Source: Chloroherpetonaceae bacterium
GTDB lineage: Bacteria; Bacteroidota; Chlorobiia; Chlorobiales; Chloroherpetonaceae
Direction: 5' to 3'
NCBI GenBank assembly: GCA_028277445.1
Contig: JANQGG010000064.1
Location: 3,124-67,123 of the forward strand
Length of the DNA stretch: 64,000 bases
Shown here: one piece after another, positions 39,477-48,019 of the stretch
Position numbering within the stretch: the stretch's first letter is position 1
Layout of the letters: each line of letters opens with the position of its first letter
Translations under genes and position numbers: made by a program
Notes under the pieces: model-generated
Told to the model about the DNA's origin: nothing
What the model saw: only the letters and a program-made list of their open reading frames with translations
Databases searched by the model: none

Positions 39477-40934
39477 ATGAATAGTTTGTTAGTTATTGAT
39501 GATGAACCGGTAATTACCGATTACATTACAGAAGTACTTGAAGAAGAAGGCTATAATGTTGAAGCAGCATATTCAGGTAACGAAGGTTTGGAAAAATTCA
39601 GAAAAGTATCACCGGATGTGATCATTTTGGATTTTATGCTCCCGGATATGAATGGCATTGAAGTGCTTAAGCAATTAAAACAAATTGATGAAAGCATTCA
39701 GGTAATTATGCTTACAGCGTTCAACTCCATTCCAACGGCAATGGAGGCTGTAAAATTAGGCGCTGCGGATTACATTTTAAAACCATTTGAGTTAGAGCCG
39801 TTTAAAATAACGGTTGCAAAAACCATTGAAAAGGCCAACCTTACCAATGAGCTTCGATTTCTCCGCCAGGAAAGTGAAAAAAAACTGTCCGGGAAAGAGT
39901 TTATTATTTGCCCCTCCATTCAGATGTCTAAAATATATGATTTAACGTTTCAGGTTTCTCAAACCAATGATACCACGGTATTGATTTTAGGTGAAAGCGG
40001 CGTTGGCAAGGAACATATTGCAAAAATCATTCATCAAAGTTCGGAACGCTCATCAAAGCCTTTTGTGGAGATGAACTGCGCGGCTATTCCGGAAAATTTG
40101 CTGGAATCTGAATTGTTCGGTCATGAACCCGGCGCTTTCACAGATGCCCGATCAAAAAAACTAGGCTTATTTGAATATGCAGACGGTGGAACCATTTTCT
40201 TAGATGAAATTGGTGATATGCCCCTGGCGACTCAGGCTAAAATATTAAAGGTATTGGAAAGCAAAGAGTTTAGGCGTGTAGGTGGATTGAGAGATATTAA
40301 AAGCGATGTTCGCGTTATTGCAGCCACCAATAAAGATTTGCCGACTGAAATTGAAAAAGGAAAATTTCGCGAAGATCTTTACTATCGTTTGCAAGTTGTC
40401 CCGATAGAAATTCCGCCTTTAAGAGAACGCAAAGAAGATATCCTTCACCTGGCTAACTTTTTCCTCGGCCTGTCTTGTAAGGCGATGCGAAAACGTATGG
40501 AACTTTCCGGTGAAGCGGCCTCCACACTGCTTTCCTATCATTGGAAAGGCAATGTCAGGGAGCTGAAAAATGTCATCGAACGCGCCGTAATTGTAGCGCC
40601 AAATGGGCAAGAGATTAAATCGGAGCATTTGGCTTTTAAGCCGATGTCTGTTAGTGAGCTCAGTGAGAAAGCTGAGGATTTATTGGAAGAAAAACCGGTT
40701 AAAGACGAGTTTTCGGATAAGTATGGTTTTATAGAAAAATCAAAAAGGATCAGTAAAGGATTTAAATTGAGAGAACATCTCGAACAGTTGGAAAGTCAAT
40801 TTATAATGCAGGCGCTCAATGAAACAAACGGTAATCAGTTGAAGGCCTCAAAATTATTGGGCATTGAACGACATGTGTTGCGATATCAAATGAAAAAATA
40901 CGGCATTAGCGATTCGGGTATAATTCAGAAATAA
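39477..40934 (+). CDS. Sigma-54-dependent response regulator (NtrC family: REC, AAA+, Fis-type HTH)
   Basis: LLVIDDEP...ILDFMLPDMNG...KP; GESGVGKE Walker A; GAFTDA (GAFTGA variant); C-terminal NQLKASKLLGIERHVLRYQMKKYGI. Start set at the ATG at 39477 because the tRNA ends at 39447. Confidence 0.9.
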   Translation: MNSLLVIDDEPVITDYITEVLEEEGYNVEAAYSGNEGLEKFRKVSPDVIILDFMLPDMNGIEVLKQLKQIDESIQVIMLTAFNSIPTAMEAVKLGAADYILKPFELEPFKITVAKTIEKANLTNELRFLRQESEKKLSGKEFIICPSIQMSKIYDLTFQVSQTNDTTVLILGESGVGKEHIAKIIHQSSERSSKPFVEMNCAAIPENLLESELFGHEPGAFTDARSKKLGLFEYADGGTIFLDEIGDMPLATQAKILKVLESKEFRRVGGLRDIKSDVRVIAATNKDLPTEIEKGKFREDLYYRLQVVPIEIPPLRERKEDILHLANFFLGLSCKAMRKRMELSGEAASTLLSYHWKGNVRELKNVIERAVIVAPNGQEIKSEHLAFKPMSVSELSEKAEDLLEEKPVKDEFSDKYGFIEKSKRISKGFKLREHLEQLESQFIMQALNETNGNQLKASKLLGIERHVLRYQMKKYGISDSGIIQK

Positions 40935-40947
40935 GTTTGGTATTTGG

Positions 40948-40979
40948 TTAAAAACGTTTTTAATTTGTAACGTTACAAA
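40948..40979. repeat. Two abutting perfect 16-bp palindromes sharing an AACGTT core
   Basis: TTAAAAACGTTTTTAA (40948-40963) directly followed by TTTGTAACGTTACAAA (40964-40979). Confidence 0.9.
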
Positions 40980-41111
40980 AAAAACCCATGTGCCACTATA
41001 AAATTCTAATCGATAAAACTGCTTTTTTTGATCTGCTTAACTCAAAATATTCAACTCTAACATTTAGCTTTGTTCTTTTTTAATTTCAATTCAAACAAAT
41101 GGAGGGAAAAT

Positions 41112-42236
41112 ATGGGTAAATTTCTTTTACCAAAACTGCTGCTTGCTATTATTGTTGCCTTAAGTTTTTCATTGTCGGCATGTGATGATGACAATGGATC
41201 AAGTGAACCAAATGACGACATTCCTGCCGATCCGGGTGGTTCAGCGCCTACTGTCACAGTTGGTAATCTCAGTAAGTCCATACCAAATGTGGCATTTAAC
41301 AAATCGACCGGAGATCCAAAGAGAATCCAGATCAATATGGGTGGAATTAAAGATCCGGTTACGGATACATTTATTGAATTAATTCCCAACGAAACAATAT
41401 TTGTCACTGAAGACGACGTTTTGCAAGGTATTAAAGTTACTAAAGCCAGTGAAACATCGTCCCTTTCTTCAGACCGCACTTCAGCCGTTTTAGCGGCCGA
41501 TGTTGTATTTACTGTTGATAATTCAGGTAGTATGAGTCAAGAAGCTGATTCCATTGCCGCAAGAATTATTGATTTTGTGGAGTTTTTAAACAATAGTGGA
41601 TTAGACATTTTGGTTGGCTGTGTCGGTTATAGCGGTTCAGTGAACGGTGCAATAAATTTAACGGATAAAATAAGTCTGGAAAATTACCTCAACAGATCTT
41701 TTGGTACGTCGCGTACACGTGGTTTTTCCGGGCCGGATTCATTGGTCTTGGATACCACTGCAGACAATTACGCGAGTGGCATATATGGAGAAAATGGCGT
41801 TGTTGGAATCACATTTGCCGATACAATGTTTGATTGGCGAAGTTCATCACAACGGGTTTACATTAACTTTACGGATGAACCAACCCAGCCAAACGGTCAA
41901 TATTGGTACTCTTCTCAGGGATTATGTGATCGTTGGACAGGTCGTGGAACCATTCATACTGTTTGGAGCGGTGGTGATACAAACAGAACATGGACACCAT
42001 TATTTTCAGAAAATCCATATGATCTATCGGCATGCACCGGTGGTACATGGGATTCGGTTGCTTCAAACGCCTCAGATCTGGATTTAACAACAATTCCGGT
42101 TACAGGTGTTCTCTCTGAAAGTGTTTTAATTGAATATGAAACTGAATCGCCAGATAGTATGCACACGGTTAAGATAACCGTTAAAAAAGGATCTTCAGAT
42201 GGTGAGAAATTATTTGAAGGTATTTTCTACAGATAA
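41112..42236 (+). CDS. von Willebrand factor A (vWA)-domain lipoprotein, probably surface-exposed
   Basis: GGAGGG RBS then MGKFLLPKLLLAIIVALSFSLSAC (lipobox) followed by DDDNGSSEPNDD. MIDAS-like VDNSGSM. Confidence 0.75.
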   Translation: MGKFLLPKLLLAIIVALSFSLSACDDDNGSSEPNDDIPADPGGSAPTVTVGNLSKSIPNVAFNKSTGDPKRIQINMGGIKDPVTDTFIELIPNETIFVTEDDVLQGIKVTKASETSSLSSDRTSAVLAADVVFTVDNSGSMSQEADSIAARIIDFVEFLNNSGLDILVGCVGYSGSVNGAINLTDKISLENYLNRSFGTSRTRGFSGPDSLVLDTTADNYASGIYGENGVVGITFADTMFDWRSSSQRVYINFTDEPTQPNGQYWYSSQGLCDRWTGRGTIHTVWSGGDTNRTWTPLFSENPYDLSACTGGTWDSVASNASDLDLTTIPVTGVLSESVLIEYETESPDSMHTVKITVKKGSSDGEKLFEGIFYR

Positions 42237-42248
42237 GAATCATGAATT

Positions 42249-42278
42249 AAAAAGCCGGTTTCTGCCGGCTTTTTTTTT
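42249..42278. terminator. Bidirectional rho-independent terminator between the vWA gene and dapF
   Basis: AAAAA-GCCGG-tttctg-CCGGC-TTTTTTTTT. Confidence 0.7.
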
Positions 42279-43077
42279 ACAAGTTTATTTCTCCCTTGAA
42301 TGTCTCAAACGCCGGACCGGCTAAAAACACGTTGCTAAAATCTTCATCAAAGGATACCTGAAGGCTATCGCCACTCTGAACGGTAACGTTTAGAACATTC
42401 GATTGGGTTTTGCCCAACTTATGGCTTACAATGGCAGCAGCTACAACGCCTGTTCCGCATGCCAGAGTTTCATCTTCCACGCCCCGCTCAAACGTGCGTA
42501 CCCGAATAGACTCTTTGGTGTGCATTTGAACAAAGTTAACATTAGTGCCTTGTTTAAAATGGCTATAAGCGTGGCGAATGGTTTTTCCAATCGCACACAC
42601 ATCGATCTCTTGAATGTTATCTTCAAATAAAACAGCATGAGGTGAGCCAGTGTTTATGAAAGAGCAATCGTAGCCTTCCACAGATAAATGTTCAATAAAA
42701 TCAAATGGGGGCTGCATTTTTAAAACAATCTTTTTCTCATCAACAACTTGAGCTTCATAAGTATCGTCATTAGCCTCAAACATAATTTTCTCATTGTTTC
42801 CAATGAGCTTTAAATCCCAAGCAAAACGTACGGTGCATCTTCCGCCATTACCGCACATACTTCCTAAACGTCCATCTGCATTATAATAGACCATTTTGAA
42901 TGCTGCTTGGGATGAACTCTCAAGCAGAATCAGCCCGTCTGCGCCAATTCCTGTCTGGCGACGGCACAACGCATGAATTTGCTGTTCGCTTAAATTGTAA
43001 GTTTTTGTGCGGTTGTCGATCATGATAAAATCATTCCCGGCACCCGAGTGTTTTCTAAACTCAATCACCATTAACAC
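42277..43077 (-). CDS. dapF: Diaminopimelate epimerase
   Basis: SGAGNDFI, MCGNGGRC, and a second catalytic Cys in LACGTG. Confidence 0.9.
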   Translation of the reverse strand: MLMVIEFRKHSGAGNDFIMIDNRTKTYNLSEQQIHALCRRQTGIGADGLILLESSSQAAFKMVYYNADGRLGSMCGNGGRCTVRFAWDLKLIGNNEKIMFEANDDTYEAQVVDEKKIVLKMQPPFDFIEHLSVEGYDCSFINTGSPHAVLFEDNIQEIDVCAIGKTIRHAYSHFKQGTNVNFVQMHTKESIRVRTFERGVEDETLACGTGVVAAAIVSHKLGKTQSNVLNVTVQSGDSLQVSFDEDFSNVFLAGPAFETFKGEINL

Positions 43078-43187
43078 TAAACGTTTAAATTTTAAATGAA
43101 ATCCGAAATTTTATGGTTAATTATCAAATTGCTGAAGATAAAGATTCGGAGCACATAAAGAAAACACTATTCTAACTTGCGTATGCC

Positions 43188-45017
43188 ATGAAGCGCTTTC
43201 TACATTTAAATATGATTTTAATGGCTGTATGCTCACTTATTATGAGTTCGCTTAGCTACAGTCAAGAAAGTCTGAAATTGCGATTAGCCAACGAAAGTTT
43301 TAAAGCAGGCCATTACCAACAAGCGGCCACATACTACGGCGAAATTATTCAACATCAGACATACAATAGTGTGGTGGTTTCTAATTACATTCATTGCCTT
43401 TATAAGCTTGAAGCACATGATAAACTGGAATCATTTTTAACGCAAAAAACCGCAGACAACCCAAAAATACCTGAGTATTGGGTGGAACTCTCACGATTTT
43501 ATTTCAAAACTTCACAGCCTGAAAAAGCCGGTAAGATTGTTGATGAAACATGCGCGAACTACCCACGATTTCGGATTTATCAACTATTTATAAATCTTCT
43601 GGCTGAAGAATTTCGCCATAAAAAACGTGTGGATTTAATTTTTCATGCACGAAAAGAATTAAACAATGATTCTCTTTTTGCTAAAGAAGCCGCCGAAAGC
43701 CACTTGTTTTTGAACCATTATGAACAAGCAACCCTCGAATTTGTTATTGACCTCTCGTTACATCCCGCGCACTATCAACAGGTCGAGCAACACATCAAAA
43801 GCTTTGCTTCAAAAGATGATCCCAAAATACTTTCAGAGGTGATTGCCGTTCTAAAGCAAGCCAAATCAAAAGTTGCCGGAAATGCTAAAAAGAGTATGGT
43901 AAAATTGCTGGCGGGTTTATATGAAGAGAATGATATGGAACGCGTGGCTCTAGCCGAGTTCAAAGCGCTGGATCAGTTTTATGGCTCAACGGGTCGGTTA
44001 TTATTTCAATTCGCTGAACGCCAGCGTCAAAAAAACAATCTGTTCATAGCTTACGATGCTTATGAAATGGCTCTCGAACAGCACGGAAACAATTACTACA
44101 AACAAAAATCGTTATACTGGTTAGCTATGTTGGGGTTAAAGATGGTTCAAGATGGTAAATCGGATGACGTGCTTCGAGGCGATGCAATTAAAGTCGCTAA
44201 CAAGTATATAAATACATACCCGCTAAAAAACCATGGCAAGTTGTATTTGGAGCTCGCAAAAGTTCAAGCCTATTACGCAAGAGAGAAAGAATCGGCTTAT
44301 GTAATACTTAATCGGATAAAAAGTGGGCGTTTTAATCATCAAGTTAAACAATATGCCAGGTTCATTGAAGCCGATCTGTTGTTTTCCGATGCTAAATTTA
44401 ATGCCTCTAAAACGCTGGCGCTTGAGTTAATCAATCAACTTTCGCCACGAGACGAGTGGTTTAATCAAACACTTTGGTTGTTGGGCCGGATCAGTTTTTT
44501 TGACTATGATTTTCAGCAATCACTAAGCTACCTCAAACAAATATCACATCTCAGCAAATCAAGCAACGATGCCATTAACTTAAAATTGATCATTTTAGAA
44601 GGCTTGGCCGATACTCTGGAAAATCCATCGTTATTTGAGGCGCTTAAAAAAGCCGTTGAGTTTTATAAACCCTTCCCGGAAAGTGAAAATAACAGCAGAT
44701 TGGATGCTGTAACGGAATGGTTAAATGCTTATCCGCAATCATCCCTTCAGGATAATCTCTTACTGTTAAAAGCCGAAATACTTGAATCAAAACAACCGCA
44801 TGTTGCAATAGAGATTTACAAAGATCTGCAAAAACGATTTCCAACAGGCTTTTTTGTTGATCGGGCCATTTACAAGCAAGCGTGGCTCGCCGAAAGACAT
44901 TTAAAGGATAAGGCATTGGCATTAAGGATGTATCAACAACTTATCAAAGATCATCCACGAAGCTTTTATGCTAAAGAGGCACGAAAACGGATTTTAAAGT
45001 TGATGAATCCTTCGTGA
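43188..45017 (+). CDS. Secreted TPR-repeat protein
   Basis: Signal peptide then alpha-helical repeat composition; no enzymatic motifs seen. Confidence 0.6.
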   Translation: MKRFLHLNMILMAVCSLIMSSLSYSQESLKLRLANESFKAGHYQQAATYYGEIIQHQTYNSVVVSNYIHCLYKLEAHDKLESFLTQKTADNPKIPEYWVELSRFYFKTSQPEKAGKIVDETCANYPRFRIYQLFINLLAEEFRHKKRVDLIFHARKELNNDSLFAKEAAESHLFLNHYEQATLEFVIDLSLHPAHYQQVEQHIKSFASKDDPKILSEVIAVLKQAKSKVAGNAKKSMVKLLAGLYEENDMERVALAEFKALDQFYGSTGRLLFQFAERQRQKNNLFIAYDAYEMALEQHGNNYYKQKSLYWLAMLGLKMVQDGKSDDVLRGDAIKVANKYINTYPLKNHGKLYLELAKVQAYYAREKESAYVILNRIKSGRFNHQVKQYARFIEADLLFSDAKFNASKTLALELINQLSPRDEWFNQTLWLLGRISFFDYDFQQSLSYLKQISHLSKSSNDAINLKLIILEGLADTLENPSLFEALKKAVEFYKPFPESENNSRLDAVTEWLNAYPQSSLQDNLLLLKAEILESKQPHVAIEIYKDLQKRFPTGFFVDRAIYKQAWLAERHLKDKALALRMYQQLIKDHPRSFYAKEARKRILKLMNPS

Positions 45018-45026
45018 AGTTTTTTT

Positions 45027-46520
45027 ATGAAGTACGATTGCATTGTCATAGGTTCAGGGATTGGTGGTTTATCATCTGCGGCAATTTTGGCTCATCAGGG
45101 ATGGCGGGTGTTGGTGTTGGAAGCAAACTATTTGCCCGGAGGGTGCGCTTCATCCTATCCTGTAAAAAAGAACCATCAAACCTTCTGGCTGGAAACAGGA
45201 GCTACAACATTGGTTGGCAAAGATTTCAATCAACCCTTAGATCTTCTCCAAAAACAGTTAAATATTACATTGCCCGGCGTTGAAACCAGTCCTGCCATGC
45301 AAGTGCATATGAACGGATTAAATGTAACCCGATTTAAAGATCGGGATGCCTGGGTGGAAGAGTGTTACCGTAAATTTTTTAAGAACGCCAACATACCCAA
45401 ACGAAATGTTACTGATTTTTGGGAAGAGGTTTTTACGATAGCTGATTTTGTATGGGATGTGTCGGGAAAAAACATGGCTTTTCCTCCATTGAACCTGCGC
45501 GATGTTTTTAATCTCATCAGCAATAATAAAGTTTCGGACGTGCCTAAACTTCGGTTTTTATTCCAATCCGCGAAAAACCGTCTGGACGCTTATGGATTAA
45601 GCCATAATGCTGAATTTATACGATTTTGTAATGAGCAATTGCGAATCACAGCTCAGTCCGATGTTGCCAATACCTCGTTTCTTTATGCTGCGCCGTGTTT
45701 GTCTTACGCCAACATTACAAATTATTATGTTTATGGCGGGATGATTGAGCTTTCAAGGGCGCTGATTGCAGCGCTTGAAGCAAATCAAGGTAAAATTTTG
45801 TATCGAAAAAAAGTTCGATCCATTGACAAGGTGGGAGAAGTCTTTAATGTGGAAACGGATGAACCTGAAGCCTATAAGTCCAGAACGGTCATCAGTAACG
45901 CGACCATGTGGGATATGGCTGAAATCACAAACGACCGGGCACGCAGTTTTTTTAAAATGCGCTCGGAAAAATACGATTTTGCCTATGCCGCATTTACGAT
46001 GGGCCTCGTATTAAAACGTGTGATTAATCCACAACCACCCTATCATCATCAGATGATTTTAACCAGACCAATTGTTCATTGCCTCTCGCATTCATTTTTT
46101 GTCTCTTTTTCAAAACCGGACGATACCTATCGGCATCCGGAGGGATATCAAATCCTTTCAATTTCAACGCATGTAGATCCGGAATTTTGGTTTGGTTTGA
46201 GCAAAAAGTATGATGAGTGTAAAGAACAAACGGCAAATGAAATTTTAGGTCATCTTAAAAACATATTCCCTGATTTTAATGAAAACGATGTTGTGGTTAT
46301 TCATACCTCAACGCCACGATCATGGCAAAACTGGGTGCATCGCAAACATGGGCGTGTTGGCGGACTGCCCAATATTTTTTCAAAAAATCCCTTACGCTCT
46401 CCTCAAACCAGAACCCCGTTTGAAGGCCTTTATTTGGTTGGGGATACGGTTTATCCTGGACAAGGTATTGCAGGTGTAACCTTATCGGGTATGGCGGCAG
46501 CCTATCATCTTCTGAAATAA
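45027..46520 (+). CDS. Phytoene-desaturase (CrtI/CrtD/CrtH) family FAD-dependent oxidoreductase
   Basis: YDCIVIGSGIGGLSSAAILA...VLEANYLPGGCA at the N-terminus; C-terminal GLYLVGDTVYPGQGIAGVTLSG. Confidence 0.75.
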   Translation: MKYDCIVIGSGIGGLSSAAILAHQGWRVLVLEANYLPGGCASSYPVKKNHQTFWLETGATTLVGKDFNQPLDLLQKQLNITLPGVETSPAMQVHMNGLNVTRFKDRDAWVEECYRKFFKNANIPKRNVTDFWEEVFTIADFVWDVSGKNMAFPPLNLRDVFNLISNNKVSDVPKLRFLFQSAKNRLDAYGLSHNAEFIRFCNEQLRITAQSDVANTSFLYAAPCLSYANITNYYVYGGMIELSRALIAALEANQGKILYRKKVRSIDKVGEVFNVETDEPEAYKSRTVISNATMWDMAEITNDRARSFFKMRSEKYDFAYAAFTMGLVLKRVINPQPPYHHQMILTRPIVHCLSHSFFVSFSKPDDTYRHPEGYQILSISTHVDPEFWFGLSKKYDECKEQTANEILGHLKNIFPDFNENDVVVIHTSTPRSWQNWVHRKHGRVGGLPNIFSKNPLRSPQTRTPFEGLYLVGDTVYPGQGIAGVTLSGMAAAYHLLK

Positions 46521-46688
46521 ATTGTGTTTATCCTAGCATTTTATTACCAAAGAAAGCATGAGTGGCCGAAATGGTCGTTAAATCAAGATGACATTTTGAT
46601 ATATTAAAGTTATCTTATATTAAAAACCTCATAAATTAACCTATTTTAATACAGGCACATTTTTGTGCTAATAACCCTTTTTGTAACT

Positions 46689-46726
46689 TATGCTTACGCT
46701 GTTTAAGACGTATCAGAATAAGCATA
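46689..46726. repeat. 8-bp inverted repeat upstream of the B12-binding regulator gene
   Basis: TATGCTTA (46689-46696) ... TAAGCATA (46719-46726), ending 16 nt before the ATG. Confidence 0.3.
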
Positions 46727-46741
46727 GTATTTGACAAGGTT

Positions 46742-47788
46742 ATGAATCATTACTTTTCTACACGAGAGTTGTCGAAGCTATGTGGCGTGGGTGAAACCAC
46801 AGTGAAACGGTGGTCTAATATGGGTTTAATCAAACACCACAAAACTGTCGGACGTCACCGAAAATTCAAGCTGGAAGATGTTCTGGATTTTATTAGCAAG
46901 AATCATATCCAGATACCCAATGAACAAATAGAGCAGCTAAAGCTTGAAAAACAATCCTCGGATAATCTTGATTTAGGCGCTGAAATTATTCTGGTAAAAG
47001 GTGATACGGATGCATTGGCGCAAAGATTATACACCAGTTTATGTGCCAAAAATAAGCAAGAAGTTGAGGTTCTGTTAATCCGAGCATTTGAGCAGAAACT
47101 TTCATTTGCTACGATCTTTGATAAAATGATTGCTCCGGCAATGCATAAGGTTGGCAACTTATGGGAAAATCAGAAGATATGTTCGGCAGAAGAACATGTC
47201 ATCTCAAATATTATGGTTGAAGCCATAATGCGATTGAAAACCCGGTATGAATCCCTTCAGAGTGATATTAGCCTGGGTGTTGATGACGATTATGGAATGG
47301 ATGGAGAACCTACTTTGTATCGCCATCGAAAAAGACATGATCAAACGCATCGCATTAAAACACCGATTAATGATTTAGAGCAAGATAAAGCTTCAAAGCC
47401 AAAGGTGGTTGTATGCTCATGCCCTGAAATTGAGCATCACGAAATTGCATTACAAGGCGTTGCCTTAGTATGCGCCAGTCATGGATTTGAAGTCTTATAT
47501 GTTGGGCGGGCTGTGCCTTTTAAGGATTTATTGAAATTTATTGAAGTTTCTGAGCCAGGGCTTGTTTGCATGTTGTTTACATCTGCTAAAATTGATGAGA
47601 TGCTATATAAAAGGTATGAGCAGTTTCGAAAAAAAATGGCAAGAGCAAAAATCAAGCTAATTATCGGCGGTCAATTTTTAGGAGAAAAAAAGTCTTTTCC
47701 GATTAAATCTGATTTCAGGGCTTTCAATTGTGTGTCGCTAGAGCAATATTTGAAGCAAAATTTTCAAGTGAGTAGTTCAATCTTGTGA
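46742..47788 (+). CDS. CarH/LitR-like transcriptional regulator: MerR/excisionase-type HTH plus B12-binding_2 helical bundle plus cobalamin-binding Rossmann domain
   Basis: HTH STRELSKLCGVGETTVKRW. Exact W-x9-E-H (LWENQKICSAEEH). KVVVCSCPEIEHHEIALQG...LIIGGQF matches the E/DxHxxG cobalamin domain with A in place of G. Confidence 0.75.
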   Translation: MNHYFSTRELSKLCGVGETTVKRWSNMGLIKHHKTVGRHRKFKLEDVLDFISKNHIQIPNEQIEQLKLEKQSSDNLDLGAEIILVKGDTDALAQRLYTSLCAKNKQEVEVLLIRAFEQKLSFATIFDKMIAPAMHKVGNLWENQKICSAEEHVISNIMVEAIMRLKTRYESLQSDISLGVDDDYGMDGEPTLYRHRKRHDQTHRIKTPINDLEQDKASKPKVVVCSCPEIEHHEIALQGVALVCASHGFEVLYVGRAVPFKDLLKFIEVSEPGLVCMLFTSAKIDEMLYKRYEQFRKKMARAKIKLIIGGQFLGEKKSFPIKSDFRAFNCVSLEQYLKQNFQVSSSIL

Positions 47789-47891
47789 TTTAATTAGGTT
47801 TTTAAATCACAATGAGAAGAAACTTAAAATAAATGCGCATCCTTTGATGCGACGCTATATTTAATAGGTTTTCTGATTTATTTTGTTTTTT

Positions 47892-47919
47892 TTGCTTGCA
47901 AAAAGAAACTTTTTAATAT
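47892..47919 (+). promoter_or_regulatory. Candidate sigma-70-type promoter for pscA
   Basis: TTGCTT, 16 nt, TAATAT. AT-rich context, so false positives are likely. Confidence 0.2.
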
Positions 47920-47940
47920 TTTTCTGAAGGTCAACTTTTG

Positions 47941-47960
47941 TAAATTGATGCTTCAATTTA
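47941..47960. repeat. 20-bp palindrome in the pscA leader
   Basis: TAAATTGA-TGCT-TCAATTTA, ending 60 nt upstream of the pscA ATG. Confidence 0.35.
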
Positions 47961-48019
47961 AAGTTTTACATTTTTGTCGTATTAAAATTTGTTAATAAGG
48001 AGAATAAAAGGAGAAAACT

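Noticed and set aside
39309-39480. tRNA-Arg as a possible integration hotspot or island boundary.
   Set aside because: No integrase, direct repeat of the tRNA 3' end, or compositional shift is visible on either side. The flanking genes are ordinary.
40980-41111. Search for a sigma-54 (-24 GG / -12 GC) promoter between the NtrC-family gene and the vWA gene.
   Set aside because: There is no TGGCA-N7-8-TGC arrangement on the plus strand. The only TGGCAC (reverse complement of 40989-40996) points the wrong way and lacks a -12 element.
41057-41479. 140-aa minus-strand ORF overlapping the start of the vWA lipoprotein gene.
   Set aside because: It is antisense to a gene with a clear RBS, lipobox and domain content. 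It has low-complexity composition and no motif.
45014-45283. 89-aa plus-strand ORF overlapping the start of the CrtI-family gene.
   Set aside because: It is out of frame with an ORF that carries a textbook FAD-binding N-terminus. Spurious.
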